A stretch of DNA of 64,000 nt from Podarcis tiliguerta (taxonomy: Eukaryota), in NCBI GenBank assembly GCA_965153285.1, contig OZ229111.1. The stretch is one strand, 5' to 3'. The notes beneath the pieces are model-generated. The model worked only from the letters and a program-made list of their open reading frames with translations. It had not been told where the DNA came from and searched no databases. Below are positions 12,157-26,725 of this stretch, one piece after another; position 1 is the first letter of the stretch, and each line of letters begins with the position of its first letter. The translations under genes and the position numbers were made by a program.

Positions 12157-12717
12157 ACATATATTAACACACAGGTCCAGTGAATCTGGCAATTGTGGAA
12201 TGCTGGTGTAAACTTTAGGTAACAGACACGTGATCCCATTTTCACAGCTATTTGATAATCTTAACTTTCCATCTTTAAGATGCTAGCAGAATTCCCACAA
12301 ACTAAAAATTAAATAGACTCAAAATATCACTTATATTGCTATTGCATTATTGATTGGCTAGTAAGTTAAAACTAGCTAATCCATTTTGTTAGCTGACCTC
12401 CTTAAAGTTGATCAGGACAGACAATACCCTCAATCTATGTACCTTCAGGCATGGCAATTAAACCGTAGGTAAAGAATCTCACTGTATCAGTGGCAAATGT
12501 AAGCACACATACTGCTCTCTAAGAAGATATATTCCATAACTTCCCGTCCAGTGCCATCATTTAGCACCTGTCATTTGGAAGGCCCAAGTACTGTCTCCTG
12601 TATTAGCGTTCAAACGTCTCAATGTCATCACAGCCCCTTGCTTTTTCCTCTTCTCCACACCATTCTGTCTTAAGTCATGCTTCAGAAATAAAAGTTCAGG
12701 TTTTTTTTAAACAAAAC

Positions 12718-12723
12718 TTTATT
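12718..12723 (-). terminator. PRKACA: PRKACA polyadenylation signal AATAAA
   Basis: Minus strand reads ...catatttgaaactattaccAATAAAgttttgtttaaaaaaaa, resembling the mammalian PRKACA mRNA end as I recall it. Confidence 0.8.
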
Positions 12724-13753
12724 GGTAATAGTTTCAAATATGTTTACAACAAAGCACACTGTTAAAGAGGAAGTAGGGTTTGTTTTTTTCTCAGTGAAAC
12801 AAGTTTTGTTGGATTACATAGAAGTGTTTTTTTCTGAGGCAGGGAGCTGGTGGGTATTTTAACTCCCGCTGTCTCCCCAACCCAACATAGAAGAGGCCAA
12901 TGAGCTATTGGTGGGAAGAGGACGACGAGGAGTTGGAGGGGCAAGCAAAGCTTGCCTGCTCCTGACAGCGCTTCTGTACGTGTTATATGTCATCTATCAA
13001 TCTAAAGAAGACTGCTTTGCTCCCCAGCCACAGAAAGAAAACAAAAGAAAACTAAACTGGTGAATATAGAGTGTGTTTGGAGTGGGGTAGGTGAAGACAG
13101 AACACAAAGAGGCATTGCATTGGAAAGGGAGGGGGAGGAAAGAGTCGGAACAAATTAAATGGAGAGAAATGGGCTCCCCCTCCTCATCTTTGAGTCACAG
13201 CTCCCTCCGCATCCATGAGAAAAGACTCTAATAAAACAGATGCCACCTCTCATTCCCTGTCAAGAACTGCAGGTCAAAATGGAATGGGCCTTCCCAACAC
13301 TTTCGTTTCTAAGCCCCTACCCCACCTCCGTTTACACCGGGATTTACATTTTCCACTCCCTCCTTACTGTCTTAACATTAAAAAAACCCAAAACATAGCA
13401 GGCCGATGGAGCCCTTAAGGACCGGTGCAATGGAGTCTCCACCAACAGACTGGAAACATCCTTGTATTACAAAAACAGATGCCGGAGGTTTGAGTTGGGA
13501 AGGGTAGGATCCCAGCAGCCAATGCGTTTTGCCTGCGACGGTCAAGCTCTATCTACATGGACTTTCTCCCACCCTGATGGCTCACCAAACGGGAGAAGCC
13601 CCTTTGAACCATGGCAACTAGCTAGAGTCTATCTGATGTTTCACAGGGTGGACTAGATCCTGCTTGTTTCTCTTCCGTTCAGGCAGATGCTCCAAGAGTT
13701 GCCTGAAGTGGGGAAACTCATGTTGGGACATTTGGATTGGAGGGTGGTGGTGA

Positions 13754-13890
13754 NNNNNNNNNNNNNNNNNNNNNNNNNNNNNNNNNNNNNNNNNNNNNNN
13801 NNNNNNNNNNNNNNNNNNNNNNNNNNNNNNNNNNNNNNNNNNNNNNNNNNNNNNNNNNNNNNNNNNNNNNNNNNNNNNNNNNNNNNNNNN
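13754..13890. other. Assembly gap (137 N)
   Basis: Run of n characters. Confidence 1.
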
Positions 13891-14826
13891 AGAAAGACAA
13901 ATTGAGACAAGCTTCTTTCTCTCAGTATGCCTTTGCCAGCTGGCAACCAGTCACTGCTCCCTCCTACAGGTGTGAAAACTATTGCCCCCTTCTTTCCCCC
14001 AAAATAGGGAGACAAAGATTGGAAATAAAGTGTTTTTCTATCCAAAAAACACACACAAATTCTTCATGCTAAAACTCAGTTGTTTTTACAGAGTTAAAAT
14101 TCCGGCTGAATTTAATTTAACGGTGCGGGAGACAGAGCGTATAAAAAAGCACTGTGCCCTGCCTAGACTTTTAAAACCCTTTTTTATAAAGCCAGTCAAC
14201 TATTTCTTTAAACTTTTTATTTAAAGATAATAAAAGGGGCCTGGAAAGGGGGGGGGGTACTGATAAAAGGACAGGAATTGTCCCATAGGGAAAGTTGAAA
14301 GGGTGGGGCCATTAACCTGTTCAGTGCTGGTCTAAACACCAAAGTGCTGTGTGGATGTGGTTATTTCTTGCCCTAACCCACCCCCTTCCAGAAATTCTTG
14401 CAATGCCCCATGAACCAGACCTTTCATTGGGGGTGATGAATGGCAAATAAATCCCCTTTCCCCTAAAAATAATAATAAAATAAAGCCACCAATAAACCAG
14501 GGACTGTCCAATTAGGGTTTGTGTGTGGTGGGGAGGGGAATTGGAGTCAATATGAGGAAGGGAATTTGTTTAAAACCTGCCTGAGAGTGGCTGGGAGCCA
14601 CCTTACAGCTTTCAGTGGGAGGTGGATGGATGGCACTCCGACTGCTGCCTTTTCCACAGCTTCAAAATGAACTCCCCTTTTCTCTCTTCTGCCCAAACAG
14701 ATTCAGGTGAACCCCAACACTCTCCCACCTCCCCAAATTAACATATAGGCAAGGAACTCTGGCCCTTGGGGCTGATCAAATCCAGCCCTTCCTTTTCCTG
14801 GGCACACAAAGCAAGGGGGACTGGCC

Positions 14827-14952
14827 CTAAAATTCTGCAAACTCCTTGGCGCACTTCTCACTGATGGACACCCGGATCTCCTCTTCCTCGTAGTCGTCAA
14901 AGTTACTTGTGTCGCCGGGGCCTTTGCACTTTGGTATAAAGGGAGCTTCCAC
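14827..14952 (-). CDS. PRKACA: PRKACA exon 10 (C-tail, stop codon)
   Basis: [41 protein letters not shown]; ccgcag| acceptor; 126 nt. Confidence 0.97.
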   Translation of the reverse strand: MEAPFIPKCKGPGDTSNFDDYEEEEIRVSISEKCAKEFAEF

Positions 14953-15739
14953 CTGCGGAGGGGAGGGGACAAAGCGAGGAGTTATTAGGGGTCGTGTCTG
15001 CATGGGTTTAGGAGAGAGAAATGATACCATTTGCTGTGAAATTGGGCTCCCTGCGGGGTTACTGGTTTAAGCCTTCTCAATTTAACCAAAAACAAAAATA
15101 GGTGGGCAGGGGAGAGAGAGAGAACACATATCATACAAGGGAAACTCAGGGTTGGGGGGCAAATGTACTCCTCTCTGACCTGTGGGACCCTCCCCAGACC
15201 ACACACACCTCCCTGCCCCCCCTTGCCTGACTGGAATAGGTCCTTGGGCTCTGGTATTACCTCTTGCTTGCCTGGATGGAAGGCAGGGTGTGTGTGTGTG
15301 TGCGCGCGCGAGCATCTGTGTAAAGGAACCTATTGCACGATAAAATTCACATCCACTGCTTTGCTCACTTTGGCCTCTGGCTTCACCCACCATCAGCATG
15401 TGGTCCCTGGAAGGCTGCCCAAAAGGGAATGTGGCCCTTGGGTACAGCTGAGCCTATTCCACAGGCAAGGAGAGCAACAGGAGCTCTTCCTCACTCATAG
15501 CTTGAGCCCGCTAAAGGGCAAGCCAGATATGCCTGTGCTTTTTAATCAGGTCCTTGACTGCTTATCTCTCAAGTGGGGCTGAAATCTACTTTCTGTGTAT
15601 CAAAAATGAGTTGGCAGGAGAGGGGAACAAAACTTTCCCCTTCTTTACCTTGCCCCACTTGGGTTACTTTAATCTCCTTTCCCTTTATGCCACTCTACTT
15701 CCAATACTGGAACTGGTTTGGGGGGAAATAATCTCAAAG

Positions 15740-15955
15740 CAGCATTATAGGCGCAAGGCAAAAATGTTCCTTTTTAACCAGGCCTTTGATTGATTAAAAT
15801 GTGGTATTTTTTTGTTTCGTTGGGGTGTGTTTATTGGGTTGTTGTTTTTATTTTGCTAATGTGTTTTGTGGTTTTTTATTTTTATTTTGCTTTGTGAACC
15901 ACCCTGAGACCTCTGGATATAGGGCGGTATATAAATTCAATAAATAAAAAAAAAT
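15740..15955 (+). mobile_element. L2-like LINE 3' end
   Basis: ...gtgaaccaccctgagacctctggatatagggcggtatataaattcaataaataaa tail typical of squamate L2 ends. Confidence 0.6.
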
Positions 15956-16739
15956 TATAATTATAATAAAACAAAAAGGAAAAGGGTGGATGGAGTAGCC
16001 CTTGATTCCCTTCCTTGTATGCCCACCCTGACATAAAACATGGCTCTCCCCACACCTGCACGTTACAGGCAAATGGGCAGGTACAGACTGAACAAAAACA
16101 CACGTCTTGTTTGGCCCTGAATCAGGCCCAGCCAAAATGGAAGCTGTGCCTACTGACCCTTGCCTTGCTGCTCAGCTTCCTCCTCTCAGCAGAGATGCAT
16201 TTAATTGGGCCTGCTATTTCCCCCCAGTTTAGGAGGAACTGAAACTTATAACCTTCATCTCCAGAATATTTGCAAATTAGGTAGGCAGCAGAACTAAGAG
16301 TGAACACGGTCAACGACATCATCCTATCCTGCCTCCCTTCAGCTTTTTCATACAAAGGGGTTTCTCGGCCTTGCCCGCTCCTCATGTTCTATGGGCAATT
16401 ACTTTCATTTGGCCCTTAGCAGATCCTATACCAGGAATGGCACTCCAAACTGTGCTGGATTCAAACTCCTGACCAGCAAGGTGGGAACTGGAGTCTGACA
16501 ACATCTGGAAGGCTGCAGGCTTATACCATGGAAAGCAGCAAGTGACCAGAGAAGGTTTTTAGCATCCAGATGCCATTAGCAGCTGTGGGGCTGAAGCTTT
16601 CAATCAAATTCACAAAGGGAAGGTTTAAGAGAAGACATGATGATTTCCAACACAGCTGCAACAGTGGATTTAACTAGATCCTGGGATCTTTTCACAGATA
16701 ACTAATAATCACAATATGTCCCGAGATCCCATATCATTA

Positions 16740-17294
<555 letters not shown>

Positions 17295-18798
17295 TCATTA
17301 TGCTCTGTAGCCAAAGCACTAATTCACCATATGTCTGCAATTGCAACATCTACCACAAAACTGGGGCCTTGGGAAGTTGCACCCATGCCCTGCTTGAGGA
17401 CTTCCCATATGAATCTGGTTGGCCACTGTGAGAACAGAATCTAGCAGGCTCTTCTTATGTCCTTAAATGTTAACATTGCACATTCCCACAAATCCTAGAA
17501 TTTATTCTAACAAGAACTTCTAGCTGCCACAGAGACAGAGATGTGCACATCCCTCTGGAAACACTCTAAACACAAGAGGGACAGAAGGAGGGCTTCGACT
17601 AACACACTTGGAAGGCTTGCCTCTCTCTCTTTAAACGGATTTATAACTTCTGAATTTAAAAAAAAAGGTCTGACTGGCTTGGCACAGGAACTGCTGAAAG
17701 AGAGAAATTCACATGCACACACAAATGTCCCCTGGACTACTTTTTAAAAACTGAAAACAATTTAAGAAGCAGTTTGGCAAAAGAAGTTGACAGCAAGAAA
17801 ACCCTTAAAAATAATACAGGTGCTCTTTGCGCTTGCTTCTCAACAATGTATCTCACCTAAATGAAATTCAGGGTGGCTAGTGGGTTTGAAGATCTTCAAT
17901 CAGAACCCCTAGGAGCAAATGCCCTAAGAAAAAAGCACTGGCAAAGTGGCTATATTTATTTTATTTGTGTATTAAATTTGTATACCACCCTTCATCCAAA
18001 GATCTCAGGGCAGTTCACGTATATGTGCTTACTGTAACCTATGTTTTGTTCTACCACAGAAAGATATTAGATAGATAAAAAGGTAGAATGTTATCAGGCA
18101 GAGATTAGTAGGGATGTGGCGCTAGTTTATGCATGTATTTACACCACAGTTTTTAAAGGGGCTTAAGGCATTAGGCAATGTGATTCTATGAAGCAATGAG
18201 GATCCCCAAGCAATGCTCTTAGTTTTCCTTGGCAGGGTGGTGGAAACAGATGAACCAGTTTGAAAAAAATCTGGCTCAAATCTGTAGTGTAGACATGCCC
18301 TATATTTAAGTACATTTAGTGTACCAGTTTAAATGTAAGACTGGAATTTTATACAAGCTTCACCAAAATCAAATGTAAGTATCACAGAGTCTGGCTTAGC
18401 CTCTTCTCTTAGTATTGTGAAAGGAGCTCCTTCTACTCAGATTCCCTTTCTCTTTTAAGCAGAGCACCTAATCTTGATTAATGGTTACTTGCTATTCATT
18501 CTGCTGAGATCTGTGCTAGACTGTCATCATGACCAACCTGTTTAACCCTCAGTCATTATTACTTGGATGACTTATCTAAGTAAAAGCCCACCTCACAGAG
18601 GTGCACAAGCTTCATCAGTTTCTTTTGCAGAGAACCAAACCTGATCAAGCGCATAACATTTTGACTATGTTTTTTCTATGCAACCTTAGCTGAGCTATCC
18701 TGATGCAAGAACCTATCACAAACAAGGTTCTGGGAGCTTTTATATTAATTCAACTAGTTAATAGTAATGCCTCATGCCCAACTGTGATACTAAGTGCT

Positions 18799-18865
18799 AA
18801 TAATAGTGATAATGATGATGATGATGATGATGATGATAATAATAATAGTAGTAGTAGTAGTAGTA
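18799..18865. repeat. Compound trinucleotide microsatellite (GAT)n(AAT)n(AGT)n
   Basis: Directly visible. Confidence 0.9.
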
Positions 18866-20015
18866 TCACAGCAATCTTAACAAGGACAAATCCTTTGCTG
18901 AAGGACATTGTGGGGATCCATAACACACCTGCACAAATTTCAAATCCAAAGTAAACTGCGGTCAGTGCCATAGAATAACTGTTATCCACAATGCATGTTT
19001 ATTCGTCAACAATCAGTTGACTCAATAGAAGATCTTAGGTGTTACTGAGAAAGGCCGGGTCAGTACAGCTCCTGGCCTAATAGCCTGACTCAAACGGCAA
19101 CTTAATACTGATTATTTTAGCATTAACCACCTGAGAAATCAAAGTTGGCAAGTAGGGCCCAGTGAAAATTCATAGGATAAATGGCAGGGAAGGGATAAAA
19201 GGACAGCTGGACTCAAAGAGAGCATGCATGTTCTGGAGCAGCAGAACAAGAGCAAGCCCCAGCCATCTGAAAGCTAGCATGCACATATATCCACTGATCT
19301 CCATTACTTTCGTTTAGTTTTCTTGGGTGGGGGAGATGTTCCTTTGACATCACACATTTTCCTGCAAAGCTCTTCCAACACTGCCCTGCCACACCTCACT
19401 CCTTTAGGCCATGTTACAAATTCTAAGAGCAATATTCTGAAAACTCACAGCGTTGCAGTTACAGAGAGCTTGAGTTGCATGTCTCCCCCTTTCCGCAGTT
19501 TTACTCTGTTTAACTTATAAAACTCCACTTTGTGCTTTTCTGATCTTTTTTGTGCTGCTTGGCCTCACATTACTCTAGGAGTCTCACCTGGGAGAACTGC
19601 CAAGTATTACAGACACTAGAATTCTAGACTCAGAAAATCCATATTCTACTTAGCCTGTAGAATTCTTCAACTAATTTCTTCTTCACACTGAAGACTAGAG
19701 CCTTAAGTTTGTTTAAAGTATACGAAATTTGAGACTCAGCATTCAAATGAAGCCAACAGATCTGCCCCTTTCCTCAAAATAAGGTCAGACTATGAATATA
19801 ACTGCAGCCATCTAGATTTCCAGACATTTGTTCCTGTGGTGAAAGCTGCAAGCAGCACCAAAAAATAGCTGGAAGATTTGCCAAGAAAATACAGAGGGGG
19901 TTTCCGTTCACAGTCTGCTGAATTCCACCTACTCCAACATTTATTTGGCAGGTAAACACAGCAGGTCCATGCTTCACCGAACATTATAAATGTATGCACT
20001 GTATACTGTGAGCTA

Positions 20016-20291
<276 letters not shown>

Positions 20292-20417
20292 TCACAAACA
20301 CCAAGGATGATCGGCACTTAATTGCAGTGTACTGCAAGATATCGAGATGAACACAGTCTTCTTTCTGGGCTGAACGAGGCCCAAAACACTGTTCCTGAGT
20401 ACAGGTGTCTCTCTCAC

Positions 20418-20513
20418 CTTGCTCAGAATGATTTCAGGAGCCAGGTATTCTGGAGTCCCACAAAGGGTCCATGTTCGGCCTTTCACTCGTTTGGCAAAGC
20501 CAAAATCTGTCAC
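20418..20513 (-). CDS. PRKACA: PRKACA exon 7 (DFG, activation loop, APE)
   Basis: [32 protein letters not shown]; 96 nt, AG/GT. Confidence 0.97.
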
Positions 20514-21008
20514 CTGGAGGTAAGAGAAAATTAACAAAGCTGAGTTCTCCACACCAATAGGGTCAGCAGCACAAAGGAAGTGATGGAGGCTTGCACAAAC
20601 CCCAGCACATGGAGAGGTGATGTTTCGGGTGGAATAAGAGAGAAGATTTTGTTTCCAAAGGTAAGTATACTTTCTAAACAGCAACTGCTCGTAATGAATG
20701 TTTTCTAACATGCTCCCCACTTGCCACCAAAATAGGAAAAGTGCATCTGGTGGTTTGGAGCACATTTGGTTGAGCAGGTACCACTGGGGGGGGGGGTGGA
20801 CTTCCTGATATTCAAAGAACAAATGATAGAAAGAGGTGCACCTTTAGATTTTATGCCAACTCCAAAATTTCCTAAGTTACTTATGCTTGTCAAAATTCAG
20901 TCCTTTCTTAAAAAAACTAATTGTTACAGATATTTGGGGAAAGAAACCGTATTCCTAGACATACTGACAAGGAGAGGAATTCTCAAAATGCTGTGCGGCA
21001 GAATCTCA

Positions 21009-21185
<177 letters not shown>

Positions 21186-21238
21186 TCATAGGCCACCTCC
21201 AATGCATGCCAGCTGAGTCTTCACTGATCCCCATAAAC

Positions 21239-21368
21239 CAGGGATGGAGAACCTGTGGTCCTCCAGAGCACTGCTGGGTTGGGCTCCAACTCCCATCAGC
21301 CCCAACCAGCTCAGTCAGGGATGATGGGAGCTGTACTCTCAGCAAAAGGGCTCAGGTTTCCACCCCTG
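21239..21368. mobile_element. Short hAT-type MITE (actcccatcagccc family; relatives near 28143, 35270, 37270, 37505, 49780, 56860)
   Basis: CAGGGATGG...CCACCCCTG termini; degenerate 8-bp TSD ccataaac/tcacaaac. Confidence 0.6.
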
Positions 21369-22279
21369 TCACAAACCAATACTATAAGACCAGATCTCTC
21401 CCCTGTTCCCCGTTCAACAGGACCTTGAGTCTTCAGCTGGAAGTTATCTCACACATTTCACTCATGCTCTCCCTGCCCCACCTATGGCTGAACACATGCA
21501 GAATCTCTTCCCTTATTCTGACCATGTTCTTATGTAGGTGTAATCATTGCAACAATCCTGGAAGGTAAGTCATTACTATTTACTCTCCATGTTGCAGATG
21601 GTGGGGCTGAGGCTGTGAGACAGAACTTTGCGTAATGCCATGTAGTTGAGTTCATGGCAGAGGCACCATTCGGACTGGGGGCTTCCTGGTCCGTCGCTCA
21701 GTCTCAGTGCTATGCCAGTTCTAGACTGTTCTACAAGATGGCAGCTGATCTGAAGCACACATATCTACACAGTTAAATGAGAGCATGTTAACAAGCATCC
21801 CGCTTTCCATACAGTAAATGGATACAAAGCAAGATAGAAGCATGTTCTACGGTGGTAGCTTCTATACTGAAGTCTCCGCTAACAATCCTCTGATGAAAAG
21901 CACTCCGCTCATATGGGCCTATTCAAGCCAGGTCACTCCTTGCCCCTTAGTGTTAAAGAGAATAATCAGGAACTCAGTGTCATTGCCACCACACTCTGAT
22001 AGGAATGATCTGCTCTTTGCAAGTCACCAGCTTCACATCCAGGAAGATGGGAATTAATGTCAAAGCAAATGCAGCTTCTGTCCTATCATTAGACTTTTTT
22101 CTAAACTGCATATTCTTTACCCCAGAAGTTAGGGCTTGCTGGAAGGGGAAGATATCCTCCACCTAGTTCTTTCCTGGTTCCTTTCCCCTGTTCTAACCCA
22201 GGAAGCCCAACTCTCAGCTCTTCTGTTCCCACAACTGAGAGCATCATCCCAACCTTACAATGACAGGGGAGCACACTCA

Positions 22280-22369
<90 letters not shown>

Positions 22370-23169
22370 TCAAGGGCAGAAACAACTCAGGGTCCTGGCC
22401 AGCACTGCTTTGCACCCACCCCAACCTTGTAGGTTCAGGGCCACAGCTCTCCAATTTATTTACTTCTATTGCCTTTCTGCAGTGACGCTTGCACCAGTGT
22501 ACTCACACATCCATAGGAGCACTCTAGAACAGAAACTGGGTTTGCTGTTGGGCTGGGAGAAAGGACTATATACACCACAGAATTCAAGTTCCTGCCAATT
22601 TCCTTTAAAAAAATGAAGTATCTTGCCCTTGCAGTTGCAGATAAAAAACCAAAATGTTGATACAGTGCCTACAGACTAGGTGGTGGTGAAGGAACAGGTC
22701 ACAGCATTTCTGATCAGTACTTCATTCCTTCACATGGCTACACTTTCCTAACTGCCCCCAATTCCCATCTTCACGTTTGTTCCCTAGTCCATCGCTCTCT
22801 ACCAACATTGCCTTGCTTCCCGCTCAATAAATACAAGTTCTTTAAAATCTGAATGTATACAAGTTCCTTGTCCTCTAGTCCCCATTCATTTGCACAACTT
22901 ATTTGCACAACGATCGTATAGTTCTGCTTGGTGCAAAACTGTTTCTATAGCAGAGTGTTTTGGTTTTAGTGCTATGTTCTGTTCAGAGTCTTTTCCTGCC
23001 ATGATCTTAAAAAAAAAAAGGCAACAACTTCAAAAGCAGCTGTTACTAAGTTGAACTCAAATCTCTTAGTACCTGGTCATGTAGGATAAGACTAATAATG
23101 ACCACTAGTCATGATAACTATAGTAACTCCACTATGGGGTAGCAGGCCTCTCCATACCAGTTCATAAAC

Positions 23170-23300
23170 AGAAGAGTGTTGTGCTCAGATCCTGTTTGTG
23201 GCTCCCCGTAGGCACCTGGTTGGCTAGTATGGACTGCTGGGCAGAATGCTGGACTAGATGGGCTTTTGGGCTGATCCAGCAAGGATCTTCTGGTAGACTT
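23170..23300 (+). mobile_element. CR1-like LINE 3' fragment
   Basis: gatgctggactagatggg...gatccagcaaggatcttc-type 3' motif; related copies near 17400 and 53750. Confidence 0.5.
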
Positions 23301-24481
23301 ACAGAATTACTCTCACTACCAAGGGAATGAATTATACACAGTCTAACACCAACCAACTTGGAAACAAGTCCCACTAACATCAATGGGACTTACTGCCAAG
23401 GAAATAGTATTTAGAATTAAGATACTTTTTTTTTTTAACCCCCAAAGTCTGCAACTGAAACAATCTCTGCAAGGTAGCATGAATGTATTTGTTCAGGCTT
23501 TATTCTGATTGAGAGGTAAGCTTTTGACAGGGCATTGTCAGGACTGCTATAGCAGAGGGGAAATGGGAAGGAACCTATGAGGCAGCAGTAGAGGCCTCCT
23601 CTTCTGGTTGAGCTTTCAAACAGCCACTGTGTCCATGGTTTTAGGTTACAGCCACAAAGGGTATATAAACATGCATATTTCCTTCAAAGCAGATTTTTAA
23701 AAAATGGTTCTGCCCTTTGTGGCAATAGGTAGGACTCAATGGCTTTTTATATCCTTTCTATGTAGCTGAGGTGAACGGAAGCCTGCAAAACCTTGATTTA
23801 GAGCTGCATTAATAGACAAGGCACAGTTGCCTTGTCACATAGTCCAGACTTACACGCTCCCTATAGCACTTTCACATTGACTTAAAAGTAAATCCTACTG
23901 AATTCAACGAGGCTTACTTCTAGGTAAGCGGTGTTAGGATTGCAGCCTTACTTACTGTATTTATATAAGGCAGTAAGATTGTTCTCTGGGTAACTCAAAC
24001 ACAAAATGATAAAATACTGTTGGCTTTATTAAACATTTTGTATGCTTATAGTGCCCACTTGTTTACTTGCCCAAAACTCCACCAACACCAGAAAGAGCTA
24101 GGACAAAACAAAATATTGAAGGCCTATCATAAGGAAGAGTTTTGATGGCCTATCATGACAACGTGTGCTCTAGCCCAGGAGATCCACCTACCCAGGCTGC
24201 TCCCAAAGGGGAAGCACACTGTACCTACTGTACCAGCACAGAAAGTATCCAGCCAGCTGGGCTTGCCTGCAATGGTGGATGCCCAGCTAGCCACAAGCCC
24301 AGACAGGGGCAAAAAGATTAGCTGGGTGCTATGGTAAAGTGGTTAGCTTCCCTTAAGTATCTGGTTGGCCACTGTGTGCCTTTGATCTGATGCAGCAGAG
24401 CAGGTGTCCAAAGGACCAGAAAGCCAGAGAATGAATATTTAGGCAGGGGGTGGGGAGAGAGAGTGCAAAGACATCCTTTAC

Positions 24482-24580
24482 CTTAAAAGAATACTCTAGC
24501 CTGACAAGGAATGGGAAGTTCACAGCCTGGAGAATGCGCTTTTCATTGAGGGTGTGCTCGATCTGCTTCAGCTTAACAAC
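24482..24580 (-). CDS. PRKACA: PRKACA exon 4
   Basis: [33 protein letters not shown]; 99 nt, AG/GT. Confidence 0.97.
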
Positions 24581-24678
24581 CTGCAAGACAGAAAGGAAGT
24601 CCACCAGAGTCAGTTGGGCCTCCCTCTTGCCAACCTCAGGCACCAACTCCCAGAACTCAACGACAGGCTCAAACTCAC

Positions 24679-24807
24679 TTTCTGCTTGTCAAGGATCTTC
24701 ATGGCAAAGTAATTCCCGGTCTCCTTGTGCTTCACGAGCATCACCCGCCCAAAAGAGCCTGTACCCAGGGTCTTGAGCCGGTCGAAGTGATCCAGGCTGG
24801 ACGTATT
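24679..24807 (-). CDS. PRKACA: PRKACA exon 3 (Gly-rich loop)
   Basis: [43 protein letters not shown]; 129 nt, AG/GTGAGT. Confidence 0.97.
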
Positions 24808-26077
24808 CTGAAAAAGGATTTTGAAAATAATAATATAAAAAGCAGAGGAAGACAATCTGTCAAGGACACCAGGCTCTAGTCATCAGATTTTGAGGACCCT
24901 TAAGTGGCCGTCAGAGTTCAAAATGCCGGCTTACTAGTTTCATTTTAAAGATAACCCTTCAGGCAGTACCATGTCTTCCCATGCCATATTAAAGCAGCAA
25001 CTGTTATTGAAGAGGATCATCCCTGTGGCGTGCCAACTCTTCTCCCTGAAACTTGCAGCGTTCTTGGGGTTGGAGACACAGATAGCTTTTTACCACGAGA
25101 GGGCGCAAAAGGCAAGAGTTTTCAGAGAGAAAGACATACAATCCTCCTGCATACTGAACAGCAAGAAAATCAAACTCAATCCACAAAAAGGACTGTACAT
25201 ACACCCAACACTCACTACACTATCTGTAATAACCTAGAAACTAGCAGCAACAGGTTAAGCCTTAGAGCCTGACAAAAAAACAGTAATATCCCCAAATATC
25301 ACACTTATTGCAAAATACAACCAGATGTAATGACACCTTTATGTAGGGGGCAGCAAATGGAACAAGCCAAAACAGCGAGAGCATCCAAATTTCCGGGCCA
25401 ATTTACACAGTCATTTTATTGCCATGAAGCAGTTATTTTGGCAGTCACCTTCTGGGAGTTATTTGCTGAAAAGCTAAAGCATCGGACCTGTTAGTTGAGC
25501 AGTGAGGTATTCATCAGATATTGCAGGGAAGAAAATACCTTATTCAGCTAGAGGGAGATTGCATTCCCCTTTCTGTAATATGGTCTGCTAACACCAAAGA
25601 GTATATGTGATAGGTGAAGGGCTTCTGAGCCTTGCTTAGTAATTTGGAAAGATCTTGACTATTTGTTCCTTGTCATGCAAGCAACCCGGGCACTGGCAAA
25701 CCTTATTGTCAGACACATCTTCCAAAGTGTCTTAGAACTGCAAAAGGTAAACTAATCCAAAGCTGACTCTCTTCCTGTGTTTCCATCTTGGACACCTCAC
25801 TCTCCTCCTGTATTGTACCCCTGCAAAATTATTCCTAGAAAAGGGGCAATTCCAGAATAACCTGGGGACTGAAACACCTGTCTCAGTGCCTATTTCTTCA
25901 GCAGGATAATTTAGGATGTCCACCAGCATCAAGACTTTTGCCTTTGGTGTAACTAGCAATAACAAAGGTTTGGAAAGATCCTTCCAAAGCCTTGTTTTAA
26001 AAAGTTACACTGGTCACATTTTATACACATAAAAAATAAGTGAATGCAGACCCAAATGGGCTTCCACACAGCCAGTA

Positions 26078-26230
26078 CAGGAGAGCCAGAGTGATCAGAG
26101 TGTCAGACCTGGACCCAGGACACCAGGGTTCATATCCCCACTCAGCCATGAAGCTCAATGGGCCAGTTGCAGTTTCTCAGCCTAACCTACCTCACAGGAC
26201 TGCTGTGAGGATAAAATGGGGAGAACTATG
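26078..26230 (+). mobile_element. Old tRNA-derived squamate SINE fragment
   Basis: ggttcatatccccactcagccatgaagctc...cctacctcacaggactgctgtgaggataaaatgg; B-box-like ggttc. Confidence 0.6.
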
Positions 26231-26663
26231 TACTAATGAATTTAATATCAAGGCAGTCGTTTCAATGCATGAGGCACACTATAGCATTCAAGTTAGGCAG
26301 TGTATCCCTTACTTAAATGCAACACCAGTTGTGTGGAACGGTACACACATATTCTGAGCTTAAACTGTACACATGTATTGTGTGAAACTGTACACATGTA
26401 TTCTCGGCACCCTGGTCTGTTTTCTTTCCAGCACATCAAAAGGAGGCAGGGTACATGGGAGCAATTTAAACCGTGTGCACCAACACACATGCACATTCCT
26501 GCGAAGCCATAAGTTGTCTAACTCTGGCTGATGGTTGCATGCAAACCAGGTCAGTGTCACTTTCAAATCAGGCCTAAGAGCTTAGAAGCAACAAGACCCA
26601 GGCTGCTATGGCTAGATAAAGGAAGGAAGGCAAAATATCAAGACGAGAAGAGAGGTGTCATAC

Positions 26664-26725
26664 CTGCAACGGGTTCTCCCATTTCTTGAGGAACTCTTCT
26701 TTGGCTTTGGCAAGAAACTCCTTCA
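26664..26725 (-). CDS. PRKACA: PRKACA exon 2 (A-helix)
   Basis: ttacag|TG AAG GAG TTT CTT GCC... = (V/M)KEFLAKAKEEFLKKWENPLQ; 62 nt, phase-1 acceptor. Confidence 0.96.

Larger units (their letters stand above)
12700..14826 (-). other. PRKACA: PRKACA 3'UTR (about 2.1 kb, includes the assembly gap)
   Basis: Lies between the stop codon (14827) and the AATAAA at 12718-12723; no obvious transposon insertions. Confidence 0.75.

Noticed and set aside
13653-14072. ORFs spanning the N run
   Set aside because: Artefacts of the assembly gap.
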